NCBI GenBank assembly: GCA_964016885.1
Contig: OZ024741.1
Location: forward strand, 375,782,001 to 375,846,000
Length of the DNA: 64,000 bases
Direction of reading: 5' to 3'
Source of the DNA: Eledone cirrhosa
Taxonomy: Eukaryota
Shown: piece by piece, positions 63,485-64,000 of the stretch
Layout of the letters: each line of letters begins with the position of its first letter
Numbering within the stretch: position 1 is the stretch's first letter
Position numbers and translations under genes: made by a program
The notes under the pieces: generated by a model
What the model saw: the letters and a program-made list of their open reading frames with translations, nothing else
Databases searched by the model: none
What the model was told of the DNA's origin: nothing

Positions 63485-64000
63485 TTTATTGGCCACAAGG
63501 GCCGACATATAGGGGACAATACAAAAGACTGGGACAGTGGGGTTTTACAGAAAAATCGAGTAAACAATATGAATAACAATAACAAAGTAACAATAAAGTA
63601 ACAATAAAATTACAACAAGAAAAATTCCCCAATAGGGGGGATGACCACCTAGGGTTCGCTCAGGTACCCCACCAGTCCTGAACGACCCAACGCTTCGAGA
63701 GCACCCTGGAAGGGCACCCCTCTCCTCTTCAAATTTACCTACCTACAGCCGCATGACCAGAGGAGGCCCACTTACACGGGCCATTCTCGCCACATTCACC
63801 CACCTTTCAGCAAATGTACTGGGGGGCAGCACTTCTCTCTCCACCCTCACCTTCCTTTCCAAGTGAAACTTGAAAAAGTTGATGAGGGATTGGCCGAAGA
63901 GAAAAGTGTCTGTCTTCAGTCCTTTCAACCTCGTCCACCATACAACCTCTTTCGCTACTGCCACCAGACAGAAGAAAATTGCCTGCCCTTCCTGGCCAAA
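63485..64000 (-). mobile_element. L1/Tx1-like LINE 3' part
   Basis: VAKEVVWWTRLKG...FFKFHLERKVRVER...ERWV; same 3' end (TTTATTGGCCACAAGGG) as at 2158. Confidence 0.65.

Overview
AT-rich eukaryotic DNA packed with microsatellites ((TA)n, (CA)n, (CATA)n, (GA)n), tRNA-derived SINEs, LINEs, MITEs and Helitrons. The repeat landscape suggests an octopus/cephalopod genome (inference). One host gene can be reconstructed: six phase-0 coding exons on the minus strand (24789 down to 24) encoding a secreted histidine acid phosphatase of the ACP2/ACP3 type, continuing past the left edge. The main unexplained signal is a dense population of Penelope-like retroelements (PLEs) and their type I hammerhead ribozymes (HHRs); about 15 HHR motifs from roughly 10 sequence families can be folded by eye. 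(1) A young, apparently intact Neptune-type PLE (38584-45085) has an extra 400-aa ORF1 overlapping the ATG-less start of the RT/GIY-YIG ORF in the -1 frame at a U-UUU-UUA slippery heptamer, a 1.8-kb inverted arm and a U3-A8 variant hammerhead. (2) A non-coding 593-bp retrozyme-like tandem (50614-51863) carries one U3-A8 hammerhead per unit. (3) Several fold-back palindromes are built from hammerhead-bearing 3' ends and inserted in (TA)n. Most small ORFs in the supplied track are microsatellite artefacts. Repeat coordinates are hand-read and approximate; exon and ribozyme coordinates were counted individually.
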